NCBI RefSeq assembly: GCF_009914755.1
Contig: NC_060926.1
From: the human T2T-CHM13v2.0 reference genome, Homo sapiens
Length of the DNA: 64,000 nt
Direction: 5' to 3' (one strand)
The first letter of the stretch is position 1. Each line of letters begins with the position of its first letter. The notes under the pieces were generated by a model that was not told the origin of the DNA, ran no database searches, and saw only the letters and a program-made list of their open reading frames with translations. Shown one piece after another: positions 43,670-57,000 of the stretch. The position numbers and the translations under genes were made by a program.

Positions 43670-44396
43670 TGTAACTGCCCAGTGGGTTCACCCTGGCCAC
43701 TGCCTAGACAGAGCCAATTTATCAAGACCAGGGGAATTGCAATGGAGAAAAGGTAATTCAGAGTTGGCTGTGTGGGAGACGGGAGTTTTATTACTACTCA
43801 AATCAGTCTCCTACAGCATTTGGGGTTGCAGTTTTTAAGGATAATTCTGAGGAAGGGGCTTGGGAAGTGGGGAGTGCTGACTGGTTGGTTTGGAGATGGA
43901 ATCATTGGGGGTTGAAGTGAGGTTGCTGTCTTCTGTTCCTGGGTGGGATCGCAAAACTCACTGAGCCAGATTACTAGTTTGGGTGATGCCAGCTGGTGCA
44001 CTGAGTGCAGGGTCTGCAAAATATCTCAAGCACCGATCTTAGGTTTTACAATAGTGATGGTATTCCCAGGAGCATTTTGGGGTGGTTCAGACTCTTGGCA
44101 GACAGAGGCTGCATGGCCCCTAAACCATAATTTCTAATCTTGTAGCTAATATGTTAATCCTACAAAGGCAGATTGTTTCCCAGGCAAGAGGTGGTTTTTT
44201 GGGAGGTGCGGGGGAGAGGGCTTTAACTCTGAAACAAAATTTTCAGAGTTAAACTATAAACTAAATACCATCCCAAGGTTAATGGCCTACTCCCAGGAAT
44301 AAGCAAGGACAGCTTAAAGGTTAGAAGCAAGATGGAGTCAGGTCTGATCTCTTCCACTGTCATAATTTCCTCATAATTTTTGCAAAAGTGGTTTCA
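43670..44396 (-). mobile_element. LTR8 solo LTR
   Basis: tgtaactgcccagtgggttcacc...tttgcaaaagtggtttca (reverse of TGAAACC.CTTTGCAAA). TSD TGGC at 43666-43669 and 44397-44400. Confidence 0.85.
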
Positions 44397-44509
44397 TGGC
44401 ATTTACTGGATTATCAGTGGGGCCACGTCCTTTGAAATCTTAACAATTACTTTCCTAAATACTTCCTAACATCTTTTCTTATACTAATGTAAGCAGCTTA
44501 GGGATGAGG

Positions 44510-45370
44510 CTTTTTGTTTGCTTAACAGCCTTACTGAAGTATAACTAACATACCTCAAATTGCATGTTTTTCAAGTCTGAGTATGAACATGTGTACACAC
44601 TCATGAAACCATCACCACAATCAAGATAATGAATATGTCCATCAGTTTTCCTGTGTCCCTTTGTAATTCCTCCCATCTTCCTCTTCCTGATCCGCTGCCT
44701 TCTCAAGGAAACCACTGATGTGTTTTCTGTCACTATAGATTAGTTTACATTTTCTAAATGCTACACAAGCAGAATCATCTAGTACATACCCATTTTATCT
44801 AGTTTCTCTCACATATCATAATTATTTTACTTAGCAATAAAAAGGAATAAATTATTGATCATGATTATTTTTTATTGAGCAATAAAAAATATGACCATGG
44901 TCCATGATGGAACATGATCGATAATTCATTCCTTTTTATTGCTAAGTAGTATTCCATTGTATGCTATACCGGTTTGTTTACATATTCACCTCTTGATGAA
45001 TACTTGGGTATTTCTGAGTTCTGCTGTTACAAAAAAGCTGTTATTAACATTCATGTACAAATCTTTGTATAGATACACATTTTCTTTTTGCTTGGGTAGA
45101 TACCTAGCAGTGGAATGGCTGGATCACATGATAGAAGTATTTTTAATTTTTTAAAAACTGCCAAAATGTTTTCCAGAGTGATTGTACCATTTTTACATTC
45201 CCACCGGCAGTGTATGAGAGTTCTATACATTAGAACTTACAAACTTGCTAACACTTAGTATGGTCAGTCTTTAATTCAAGCCATTCTAATAACTCTGTTG
45301 TGGTATCCTGTAATAAGTTTACTTTGCATTTCTCTAATAGAGCATCTTTTCATGCGCATATTTGGTGAAG
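44510..45370 (-). mobile_element. Old L1M (L1MC/ME-like) 3' fragment
   Basis: Reverse L1M 3' motifs (aaccatcaccacaatcaagataatgaa; gctaagtagtattccattgta; gtagatacctagcagtggaatggctggatca). Confidence 0.8.
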
Positions 45371-46642
45371 TCTTTTTAGGGCTACTTTCTGACAATAAAG
45401 GTCTTAAACGTTCCCATAAATACAAGTATGGTTTTGCTGAATTAGGTAGAAGCCTCTTTCTAAAAAGAAACAGAAGTTTTTATTAGGAAAACACAGGTGT
45501 TTCTTAATCCGAGAGGTAAAACGTTCCAAGAGTGCCTATCAGGCATTCTTGCAGGTCATCCAGTAGATGAAGAAAACATACATAGAGGCATCAGGCATAG
45601 CTCCAGCAGCATCATTCTGCATCTTGGAAAGTGTGCTAGAGCTTTTTGTACAGTTCAGAAACCCTGACTTTCTTCTACGGATTTTAAATGTGTAGGTCAT
45701 GAGTTTGAAAATAATTAAATAAAGCAGAGAAGGAACTGATCACATCATGGAGGGAAGAAGTGATATGACACAGGGAATCCACCCAACTGTGATTTCTAGA
45801 GGCACAAAGCAAAGTCGTCCCAGGTCTTTTCTGCCTACAGCAAGAAGGTCTTATTTACTTATGCTACATGTCTGGATGCCAAGAGAAGAGTCTTACATCC
45901 AGGAGCACATTCTGGAAATATTAACAAGATGATATGCATATAAGCCAAAATACTCTAGGACTCTAATGACAATCTCACAACCACTGTTGAGGGGAAGGCT
46001 CACATGCAGCTAGTACTACAAATTAAAACAGTGGGCCAAATGTTCTGCAATATAGTCTATGTATAAGATCAGAAATAATTTGTGTCTCCTTCAATGCATA
46101 TAATCACTTGATTAAAAAACAAACACTTATGGAAATAAGCTTCAAGCTCTCTTTACGATCTTGTCACATGAACCATGTGAATTCCAGAAAAGTTCTAATC
46201 AGTGAGAAGAAATATGCCAAAGGAAAAGAAAAGGCAACACATAACTTCCCAGGATCAACTTTTTCGTACCGTCACTCTCACTTTACTTTGATCCATTTTA
46301 TAGAGAGGTGCTTTGATAGTCACCTATTAACAGGACACACACAGCTTGAGATTTAACCTAGTGGCTTCTGGACTGGGAAAAGCTTTGGAAAAGTTAAAAT
46401 TAATGAGATAGTAAATCTACGGATATGAGGAATGCTACCTAAATTATGGGCCAATGCAGCCGACTGAGGCAGAGCCATCTGGCATAAGCACAAAGCCCAG
46501 GGAAACTGCAAGGACTGTGAGCCCAGCACACGGTGGCAGTCCCAAGCAGAGGCTCTCTCACACATGCGGCCAGTCATGTGGAGGAGGAGAGAGCTAAGCC
46601 TTTGTTTATATTATGCGGCACTGCTCTGGGGAAGGACATCTA

Positions 46643-46848
46643 CTTTACCTTCATTTCTTGTTGTTGTTTTTTTTTTTTTTAAATGTGTAGTAATTTCCAA
46701 AGCCTTTAAAGTAAAGGTTTTATCTTCATTTCTTCTTCTTTTTTTAAATCTGTAGTAATTTCCAAAACCTTTAAAGGTTTTATCTTCATTTCTTCTTCTT
46801 CTTTTTTTTAATGTGTAGTAATTTCCAAAACCTTTAAAGTAAAGGTTT
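46643..46848. repeat. Three-copy ~65 bp tandem repeat
   Basis: Unit ttta(t/c)cttcatttctt...ttttaaat(g/c)tgtagtaatttccaaa(a/g)cctttaaag(taaag)g occurs three times. Confidence 0.9.
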
Positions 46849-49109
46849 AACAGCCAGTGAAATGTACAGAGTAAGAGTGAATAATTCACTTCTTGAATAA
46901 TAAGAAATCAAATCAATTCAAGGATGTGAACTAAGACTTCACACTAGGTTAGGCCACAGAGTAAAAAAAAAAATGAAAGACTTGAAATCTAATCCTGTTT
47001 ATAATATTTAATATGAGACTTTAGAAAATCACCTTATTTGTGCCTTAGATCAGTGAAAACTCAAAGTAGCCAGTTGTCAAAATATTCATTGCAGGTCCAC
47101 GTAAGGTATGGAGTATGCACCAGAATGTAAGTCAACCATTGCTTCCTTCATTGAGAAAGTCTTGCTACCAAGAAAAAAAGTCAGCTGAACTGTACAACGT
47201 GCTTAATAATGTAGCTGGTTGACAATGTGGCTCAAGCCAGTGCAGGGATCACACTGTAAGTGGCACTGCTTTAGACTTTTCTGCAAATAATATTATCCTG
47301 CTCTTCCTACTTCTCCCATTCTTGATGGATTGGTTTGGATCAAGTATAAGAAAACTGGCTGAGTATTTTATATAGTTTCTCTAACAAGGTAAAATGTTTA
47401 AAGGGAACTTTTTGCAGAAACTTCACAATCAGTGGTAGAAGAAGAGAAGAATTCTAGGAAAGTGAAAAGAACTTATGGAATACAAAAAAATCAAATGCTT
47501 CACAAAAAAGTCTCTTGTCCCGGTGTTGTGTTCAATTTAACATTTGTCTTGTATTTTACAATTTTAAACAAATTATTATTAATTGCTGCAAGAAAACAAG
47601 CTGGGATGGGTTTGGCGGACTTTTACTTTGTACCTCCAGCTTCAAATCTTATTTCACTGTGCAAAAGTCTCATTTTAACACATGATTAAATCTGAAAGAT
47701 CATCCCAATAACCTTCTCCTTCCTCTACCCCTCCCACAGCCACTGCCATCATCCTTCTTCTCTGATCCAAGGTAAGTCACACCTCTCCTTGAAAGACAAC
47801 CTAGAGAGATCTTGCAGATAACACAAAGGGTGGCATGGGCAGCTAACTGTTTCTAGTTAGGGTGGTGGTGGGAGAAATATTCAGTGCCGACGTCCTTGCC
47901 AGAAACTTGACATACTGGCTAGTAGAGCTGAGACCCACTAGGCAGCCTGCAAGATACAGTTCGTGGAGTCATTGTGAAATGAGAGGTTAGTAAACATCAA
48001 ATCTGTATAGAAAGTCTGACCAGTCCTGCCACAGGACACAGAGAAGTCGGCTTGAACATTCTTGTTATAGGCGTCCCAATATTTGTTGTATGGTATAAGT
48101 CTACAACTATTTATTTATTTTCTTGATTAGTCATCCTTTTAGTTTGCATTAAACCCCTCTGACACCAATGAGCTTTTAAAAAGTGCATTCTAATAAAAAA
48201 AATTAAGTGCTGAATTTTTTTTCTCCAGAAAGGCATGTAACCTACATAAAATGTCTGTCAATATTTTCCACCCATCTTGGAGGCTACAGTTATAGCACTG
48301 ACCCCTCCAAAAACAGGAGACACAAGTTGGCTGACGAAGCATCAGAATCTCCTTCAAGAGGCAGCACTTACTTTTGATAGGTTATTCCCTAAGAAGGTGA
48401 TGTAACAGGCACAGCTGCAGGAGGTATGTTTATATCACTCTGCAAGAGGTGCCTTTTTATTCTACACTCTCAGAAATGGCCTAGTTTGGATGATAAATTG
48501 ATGTGGTCACTCTACTTACAAGGGAGCTAGACTGAGGCTCCTTCACAGTAGACCCATCTGTCACCTCTAGATTCTCAGTCACTACCCAACACTGAGCTGG
48601 CATCTAATAGGCACTGATGAATTAACAAATGAAAGACCTGGGAGTACCTGGTAGCCAAGAATAGGGAGCACTTTTTCAGAAGCTGCTATTTTCCCCCCAC
48701 AAAGATGAAGATAGGTAGAGCTGATCAGGGTGAAGTTATAAAAGCTTCTCTTCAGATCTCCAGCTTTCACTTTATGTTACTCACCCCATCTCACAGAAGT
48801 AATCTTCCTGACCTTATTAGATGCTTTAAAAATTCTTTCCCTTCTCAAACTAGTAAAGGCCAAGGTAGCATGAGGACAGAGACACAATCCATTTGGCTCA
48901 CTGCTGTACACCCAATATTGAGCGCAGTGTCTAGCTCTTAGGAGGTGCACATAGATAATTATGGAATGGACGAATGAAAATAACCTAGCAGCATATTTTT
49001 GTTGAGGATAATATGTTAACTCTTCTAGGCATCTGCAATTAAACTTGAGCCTTAAACTCTCATTATGGTTAGAAGAATGTACTTCATAGCATAGAAATTG
49101 TAGGAAATA

Positions 49110-49412
49110 GGCCAGGTGCGGTGGTTCGTGACTGTAATCCCAGCACTTTGGGGGGCTGAGGCGGGTGGCTCACCTGAGGTCAGAAGCTCGAGACCAGCTT
49201 GACCAAGATGGTGAAACCCTGTCTCTACTAAAAATACAAAATTAGCTGGGCGTGGTGTCACATGCCTGTAATGCCAGCTACTTGGGAGGCTGAGGCAGGA
49301 GAATCGCTTGAACCCAGATTGCGCCGTTGCACTCCAGCCTGCGCAACAAGAGTGAAACTCCATCCAAAAAAAAAAAAAAAAAGAAATGAAAGGAAGGAAG
49401 GAAGGAAGGAAG
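49110..49412 (+). mobile_element. AluS with an internal right-arm deletion and a (GAAG)n tail
   Basis: gaaccc joins directly to agattgcgcc, so ~25 nt are missing. TSD gaaatt(g/a)taggaaata at 49094-49109 and 49413-49428. Confidence 0.92.
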
Positions 49413-52400
49413 GAAATTATAGGAAATAGAAACTGGTGGTGATGAAATTATTCTCCTTTATTGGGGAAAGGAGGGATGCAGCCTCTCTCTTTTCCTAAAA
49501 TTTGACTATTAAGGGTTCAGGCATGCTAGTGTGCCTTCTGATCCAGTGCACTGAATTTGAGACATCCTTACCCGTCCCTTCTGCAATGTGTCTCTCTGAC
49601 ACTGGACGCTGGGAATGCAGCACTCTCTGTAATGGATCACTCCTATCCTGACAGCATGCCCCAGGTCTTTCTCCCTAAACTGAAATATGGATTTAAGCTA
49701 GGTCGTCCTACCTTTCTGTGCCTGCTCCCATCCCAACTTGAATACACAAAGCCTTCTAGATCCTAATTTCTGCTGTTTCCAACTCTCCAAGGGAGGTAGG
49801 CAGTAGTACTTATTCAAGATCCTTCAGATTATACATTTTATCATGAGAAAGCTTGTGAGGAAACCACAGAGAATGTGGCCCCTCTGTGCTGGGGGTCAAG
49901 ATTGGGGAGGTGAGCGGGATGGCATGGTGAGTGGTTGCATAGGAGGAAACTCAAGCTGTTGCCTATTAAGATCCATGACTTACTTTTTAAGCAGGTGTGT
50001 GTTCTAATACGTGGACTATGATTATTCAGTTATTAAACGAATTCTTACAAGTATATGCCATAAACTAGTGTTCCTATTAGATGCTGAGGAGATATAAACA
50101 CAAGTAATGCAAATCTTGCCTTGCATCTCATACAGGCAGATTCATACACAAATGATTACAACATATTCTCATGAGTGCTGTTGGAGGGGCAGGAACAAGG
50201 TGCAACATCAGCACAGAGGCAAACCACCTGGAGAGTTCTGGGTAGGATTCGAGAGGGAGGTGACACTCAATTTACATCTTAAATGAGGAATGGGAGCTTG
50301 CTGGGTGAGTGGGAGCATTCCACGTAGCCAAAGAGCATGTGAGACACAGAGCAAGTCTGAGAGCTGCACTGAAGCGGTCCAGCATGCAGGAGCGAGGCTG
50401 AAGCTGGGCATCAGGGACAGAGATGAGGATGCTGGTAGAGGCCAATCATCTAGGCCTTATCCACCTAAAAGCACAGACATTCTATCATAGAAAAGGAGTT
50501 TTAATAGGACACTGGTTAATAATGATGTTTATACATGCTAAAAAATGTTAGTGTTTATATCAAAGTTTGGGGAGGAAAATATAAAATTTTGGCTTGGCTT
50601 TGTAAACATAAAATATTTTTAACAGTTGTGTGATTTGCTGATTGGGACTGAACATATTAATAAGTCAAATTAACTTTTAAAAATACACTTAAAATAATAA
50701 ATATTTGTATTATATTATTTAGAATGTCAAATAACATTATAATAGGTCAAATTAACTTTTAAAATACATTTTCAAATGAAAAGCTTTATGCACATACAGC
50801 CAGTCTTCATGAACACCATCCACATAAAATGATGTTCTCACATAGAATGTAAAAAAAATTAATGAAGTACATTGCCAGGATTGAGACAAATTAAAGTGGA
50901 CATTACAGTACCTGGCTTTACTACTCTCATGCAGGCAGCTCTGTCTCATATATTCTAAGACACCTGCCTGCATGGGGTATGGGTTTGAATGCAACTAACC
51001 GTATGTAGACCTTTTTCTCTAGATGATTCATTAACTGAGAAATCACTGTATCTCACTATATTAGTTGCGCTAATTGAACAGATAAGAAATACTTTATCAG
51101 GGAATTCATTTTTCTTCCCTGATATTGTTCTCTTACCACCAGGGTAATGAAGAAGGAAGAGTTATTATTGCAAAGAAGATAAACAAACAACACTGGAAAA
51201 AACCTTTCTTCAGGGGAAGAACTTCTGAATTGATTTGTTGTTTGTGCACTTGTTTGTTTCACACAACATCGCATGAATAAAATTAGCAGTGGAAAAGCAG
51301 CTTGTAATATGTCCTGATGTTACAAGGGTCATGCCAGGGTTCCCAACTCCATCCTTTCTTCACCAAGCAGGATATCTGCACATCATCTGAGATCAAGAGG
51401 AAGTTGTTCATCCTACATTTGAGAATGTCTACAGAAGGAAGTTCCAATCTTCCTTCATTACCTATTTCCACAGTACACTGGCTACAGCTTCATTACCTGG
51501 CAGTGCATCTTAATGAAACCACTAGCCTTACTGAATTTGGTGGACACATGACATTATTTTAGGGGAAAAGTGGCCATTTATATACTAAGACACAGTCTCA
51601 AAGACTCAACATATGCATTACTATTACTAATAGTAAATAATAATAAATATTAATTTGCATGCATTAGGAAATCAAAACATTTATTCAACACCTACCACAA
51701 GCCGTAAGAAGGCATTTTAAGGAAATAAATATCCTAAAAGTTCAATAGCTTTAACAACAACCTTATACTTAAAACTCTTAGCAGCCCAAGACTGGCTGTT
51801 GTAATGGGCTGCATGTCTATCTTATTCATTAAACAAAACACGGTATTTTGGGAAGAAAGGAAATTCCGAATATGCCAAATACTTCTATCATAGTGTCCAT
51901 AGTCACAGTTTTTCTAAGTCTCCACTAATATTTCTCTAGGTTGGAATTCACCTGTTATATGTACATGGCCAGCACTGCCAACTTGTACAACACAGTGATT
52001 TATTAGAAATTCCAATCTTAGTTGGGGTGGGGGAAGCAGAGACAATCTTAAACATACACTTCAGGAACACTGACTGCCCTTAATGCCAACTACAATTGTG
52101 ATGATTATCAAAAAGTTTTTTTGCTTACTGTTATCAGAAATTATTTGAAAGAACGACAGGAGAAATAAGACAGCCTGCAGTGAGGATGTACTGGGCTCTA
52201 AGGACTAGAGGGGAATTAAATCATGCTGAAAAATTTTGATCCAAAGCAATCCAGGGAACAGCTACTACAATTTTTGCTTTGGTCCTTGCAATGATATCAC
52301 AATTTCTAAACTTGTAGATTACCAAACTCTCAGAAATGTTTTATATTTATAAAAGGGTCACATACCACAAGTTCCTCACGTGCATATGAAACATAAAAAA

Positions 52401-53779
52401 AGTGTTTGACTTTCAGATTTCCATTCCTTCCCTCTTAGATAAAGAGAGAGGATACCAATTTGCTGTCTTTCAGCCTTAGATACCTGAGCACCAGAAATGG
52501 ATTTAGACTTTTAAGATAAGTAACAGGTAAAAATGAGTGAAATCGATGTCACATTGATTTGGGAAATAAAAAACAGAAGGAGACAAACCAAACACTTCTG
52601 GTAAGAAAACAGACAAGAAAGGAACACCGTGAGGTCATTATGAGGTGTAGGTAGCTTCCTACCCATGTAAATAAAGCTGTTGGTTACCTTAGGGAAGGCA
52701 GCCATTTGTAGGAGGATGTGGAGAAGGCCTCATGCAGTGTGCAGTAATGAGGCTGAGTACGAAGACGAGTCACAAGCAATCAAAAGACAGAAGACGAGCC
52801 AGAAAAGAGTGCTGACTTAGGGATGATCATCAATAATGCACTAAGGAGTAAAAATCAGAAGAATGTTTGACAGCAATGAAAAGGGCCAACAAGACTGTGG
52901 GCTGTATGTGTAGTCTCCAAGAGAACAAGTTAGCACTGCTTATTCCAATGTTATTTGAGGCAGCAAGATCTCATTAACCGTGGGCAGGACTGGCTTTTCC
53001 CTCCCATTGGAAGAAATCAAATGAAAAGCTGTGATTTCTAACTACAATCAATTCATAGTTCAAAAGACTGGGCACGAGCAAAGACAATGCAGTGCCAGAC
53101 CCACTGTAGTTTCCCTACAAAACTGCCACCCTCCCTTCCCCTTCCCCTTTTCTCTGGCTTATCATAATCCTATACTTTTAGAGTGTTAAGAAGAGGATTT
53201 ACAGATTTAGATTAGCCAACTGTGAGAAAAGCGAGGATGCATATACTCGGAAGCTTTTTAAAACTCTGTGATAGCATCACCCCTCTTCGTAGAAACCTCT
53301 ACGGTGGCAGAGTATACTTAGAAAAGTTAACTATGGAAGGCTGTAGAGTATTCATGAAAAAATAGGATATACTAATGCTGGGACAAAAATATATATATAT
53401 AATACTTCTCTTTCTCACTGATGTATTCTGTTCATGGCTGTCCAATCATTTAATAAGACAGATCATTAAGATGATCCTTGAAATTCTAATCAGATCCTAG
53501 GAAGGGCATGGCAGAGGAAACCCCAGCTGGCAAAATCCTAATGTTTTAACAAAGACCATACTGTGCTAAGTTCAAAGACCAGGCCTGTACTAAGCCACCC
53601 AAGGAATAGCGAAACCTCCAAATAACCCCCAAATAACCCCATCTATCTGTGGTCCTTTTAATGAGATTTTAATTTCACTGTTGAGCAAGTCCCTGAGTTG
53701 ACAGTTCCTCATTTTGACTTTGAGAAATCCTACAAACTAGAGTAATAAAGCAGTTCAGAATAAATAAAACTATTATTAA

Positions 53780-54030
53780 TGATTAATGGTAACATATTTA
53801 CTGAGATTTACTATGCAATTTATGTATCAAATTTTAATCCTTACAGCTATTCTATGAGGTTGGAACTCGTATTTGCTCCATTTGCAGAGGAAATGGAGGC
53901 ACACAGAGATGAAGCAACTTGTTCAACTCACACAGCTTGGGAGGGACAGAGGCAAGATTTGAACGCAGGCAGTTTGGCTCTCTGGTGATTGTATACACAA
54001 CCACAGTGCCTTCTGCCTCTCAGATAGCAT
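53780..54030 (-). mobile_element. MIR
   Basis: ccatttgcagaggaaatggaggcacacagag...gcaagatttgaacgcaggcagtttggctc. Confidence 0.7.
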
Positions 54031-57000
54031 TTACCTCCTTAAAATAGATTGTTACTGCTTTTAAGGCAGGTACTTAAAATAAGAATTAGGACTAGAGAGG
54101 CACTGCTGGTGCCCCTTATGCATGGAGTCCCCTCCCCTATATCAGACAGCAGGGGCCAGTGTGACGTCTATCTCATGTAAAAGCTGATTTTTTTCCTGCA
54201 AAGAAGTCGCAGGCATATATGAAGATCCCTTTGGGGACCCAAATAGTGAACCGAGAGAGAATGAAACACACATCAAAAAGCTCTCCATGTTTTCTAGCAA
54301 GACCATTTTAGACAACTGGGGCTAATGCTTCCCAACATGAAATCCCATCATCTTTCTGATCTTAGTGCCTTTCAGCCATGGTTTTTCAAACACCTCAACA
54401 CTCAAGAATTTGACAGCTGGTCCCAGTTAAAGCTGTAGAAAAGCAAAGCTGTTTTGAGGATTATTTTGTTGTGGATGCTTCCATGTCTTTTATCCTGCTT
54501 TAAGAAAAAAAAAATCCTTCTTCCATAGGTGAAGGCTTTATCTTGTTAATATGAGAAAAAAAAAAGTGTTTCTGGAATCAAAGGTGGTGATAGAGCTGAT
54601 TTAGTTTACATTAAATGTTCAGTTTAGAAATTTACATATAAAATTCCTGAGATCATTACCACAGTTAAACCACCTTTAAAAAATGACTGTATTTGAGTAT
54701 ATTCAGAAACATGCCTCTAGAAAGCATATGGAACAAAGAGGACTGAGAAGACTGGCAGCTTACCTGCCTGCTCAGAGTCATGCTTTATGGGAAGGGCAGC
54801 AACAATGATAGATCGAGAGCAATCAGTGACTGAGAGCTTCAACCAAGAGAGGTGTTGAAGGCATCCTCAAGCCCCAGACCAGAGTGCTCACCCCCACAGA
54901 ACAAGGGTGAGTGGCATTCCCAGCTTACATCTCTTGCTGTTATTTTTATTTCTCCATATAGATAGCCATTGGTTGGTACAGATGAAAGATTAGGCCAGGG
55001 TAGGGATGAGGTGGGTGATCAATGTTCCACATTCATCAGCTGCTTCAGGGCTTTAAGCTCATTCCCAGTGGTCTGTACGCACCTGGGGCATCCTTTAAGC
55101 AATAATGCTAGTCATTCCCCAAAATGAAGAATAATAAACTTCATTTTGTGAATGAAGGGGTGAATAATAAACTTCATTTGGTGAATGGGGGACTACACAT
55201 GGTGGCTTCTAAAAGTCCAACACTTAGTAAGAACATCACAAAGTAGATCCTTAAGATGAACTATCATGAAAATTGTCTTCACTAAATAGCTATTCTCAGA
55301 TGGAGTCCATTTTCTCCAAAGAACCAGTTGTACCTGGTTCAGGAATTTCATTTCATTTGTATGCAAGAACAAGATAAATGAAATCAAGATTTTAAATATT
55401 CAACCAATGCTGGAAGAGAGCTGGTAAATTTGGCACCTGAGGGGTCCCAGGTGAGGACAGCCAGACAGCAGTGGGTGATAGAGTTAGCAGGGCCAAGCTG
55501 ATGACTTCAACTCTAAATGCAGAATAATCAAGAAATTTAAAAAGAACATTAGGTTTGTAAGTCTTCATCCCTATTTACATATCCAGAATAAGAGATGTTT
55601 TTCCTAGAAAAGTAAAAATGAAATATCACTTAGTCCAATTAAGTGTTATTTATGTTATACACATTATAGACAGGAAATTTTAAAAATTGCAGGAAATTCT
55701 GAACTAAAAAAAGAAAACACATCAATCACCCAGTAGAAGCATAGCTAAGCCAACAGTGATAAGCAGTAAAAAAAAATCATGATTAAAGTTGTCTACCCAT
55801 ATGCAAAAGTGAACATATTTTTAAACTTAGTAATGGTAGATTAAAATTTCCAGTTGGCATCAGAAGAGAACTTAATGTGAGCTATAACACAAGGGCTAAA
55901 ACGACCAATAATAATCATCATCATCATCATCAAATGGTTATTAGAAACTAAACTGTAAAAAAAAAAACTTCCTGACTCAACAGATAATTCAATAAGGTGA
56001 GAAAGAAGTTCATGACACAGGTAAGGAGGACAATGAGATTTTTTCACGAATCCACATTATCAAAGATGCAGCTGCCTGGGAGAAAAAAGAAGAGCAGAAA
56101 AGCCTGCAGTGGCCTGGTACCTGATACGCAGGCTCTCCTAAGACAAATGAAGGGCGCTGTTCACAACCAAATGACATTTTGGCAAGATTATGCAGAGGAT
56201 TTATTTCTGGCTGGCTGGAGGTCAGTCAAATATATATTTTTTCTATTTCCAAAGAGTCAATCTGCCATAGGTCTACAGTGTGCTGTACAAACAGATATCC
56301 AATTCTTCGTTTAGCAGAAGGTGAAATTTGGCACTGTTCTGAACAAGATATTGGCATTAGGCTTATAACGAGAAATGGTGAAATAAAAATGATGAATTAA
56401 TTCTTGCCTGGGTAATGTAGTAAAAAACGATTGCACATCCAGCTTCTGGTTTCTGAGACATAACTCTAGAAGACAGAAACCTCTGGAATGCCCATCCTGC
56501 TTAATCTATAAATCTGAACAGTGCAAATGCAGAACCCCAATTTTTGCTGCTAATAAACGCCAGCAATTTGATTAAAACCCAACAGGAAAAAGAACCCACA
56601 TATCTTTATAATATGTACAGTGGTATGTTTTAAGTTGTCAACAATTCATTCACTCAATAATATTTATTGGATGTCTACTAGGCACTAGTCATTATTCCAG
56701 TGCTCTAGGATTCATTGGTCAACAAATTCCTGCGTACATGGAGCTTAGTCCTGTGATAGGTGAACTCTGTCTCAGCAAAGTCACTGAATGACCCATATTT
56801 CCCCAAAATTACATTTCACCAGGCATTACTAGCCACAGTGCTCAAATAGAGCCCAAAGTGGCAAAGACACACTAGGAACCTGGACTTCAATGGGATGTCA
56901 CGGTAAAATGGTGTAAATAGCTTCAATTTTAGGGACAATCCAGATTACCCAGTTGGGCAAAGTAACAAACACCCGATACACGGGAATGTTTGGCAGATAC

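Noticed and set aside
45530-45705. Short minus-strand ORF containing MQNDA (RPS21-like start)
   Set aside because: Similarity ends after five residues; there is no poly(A) or TSD to suggest a retrocopy.
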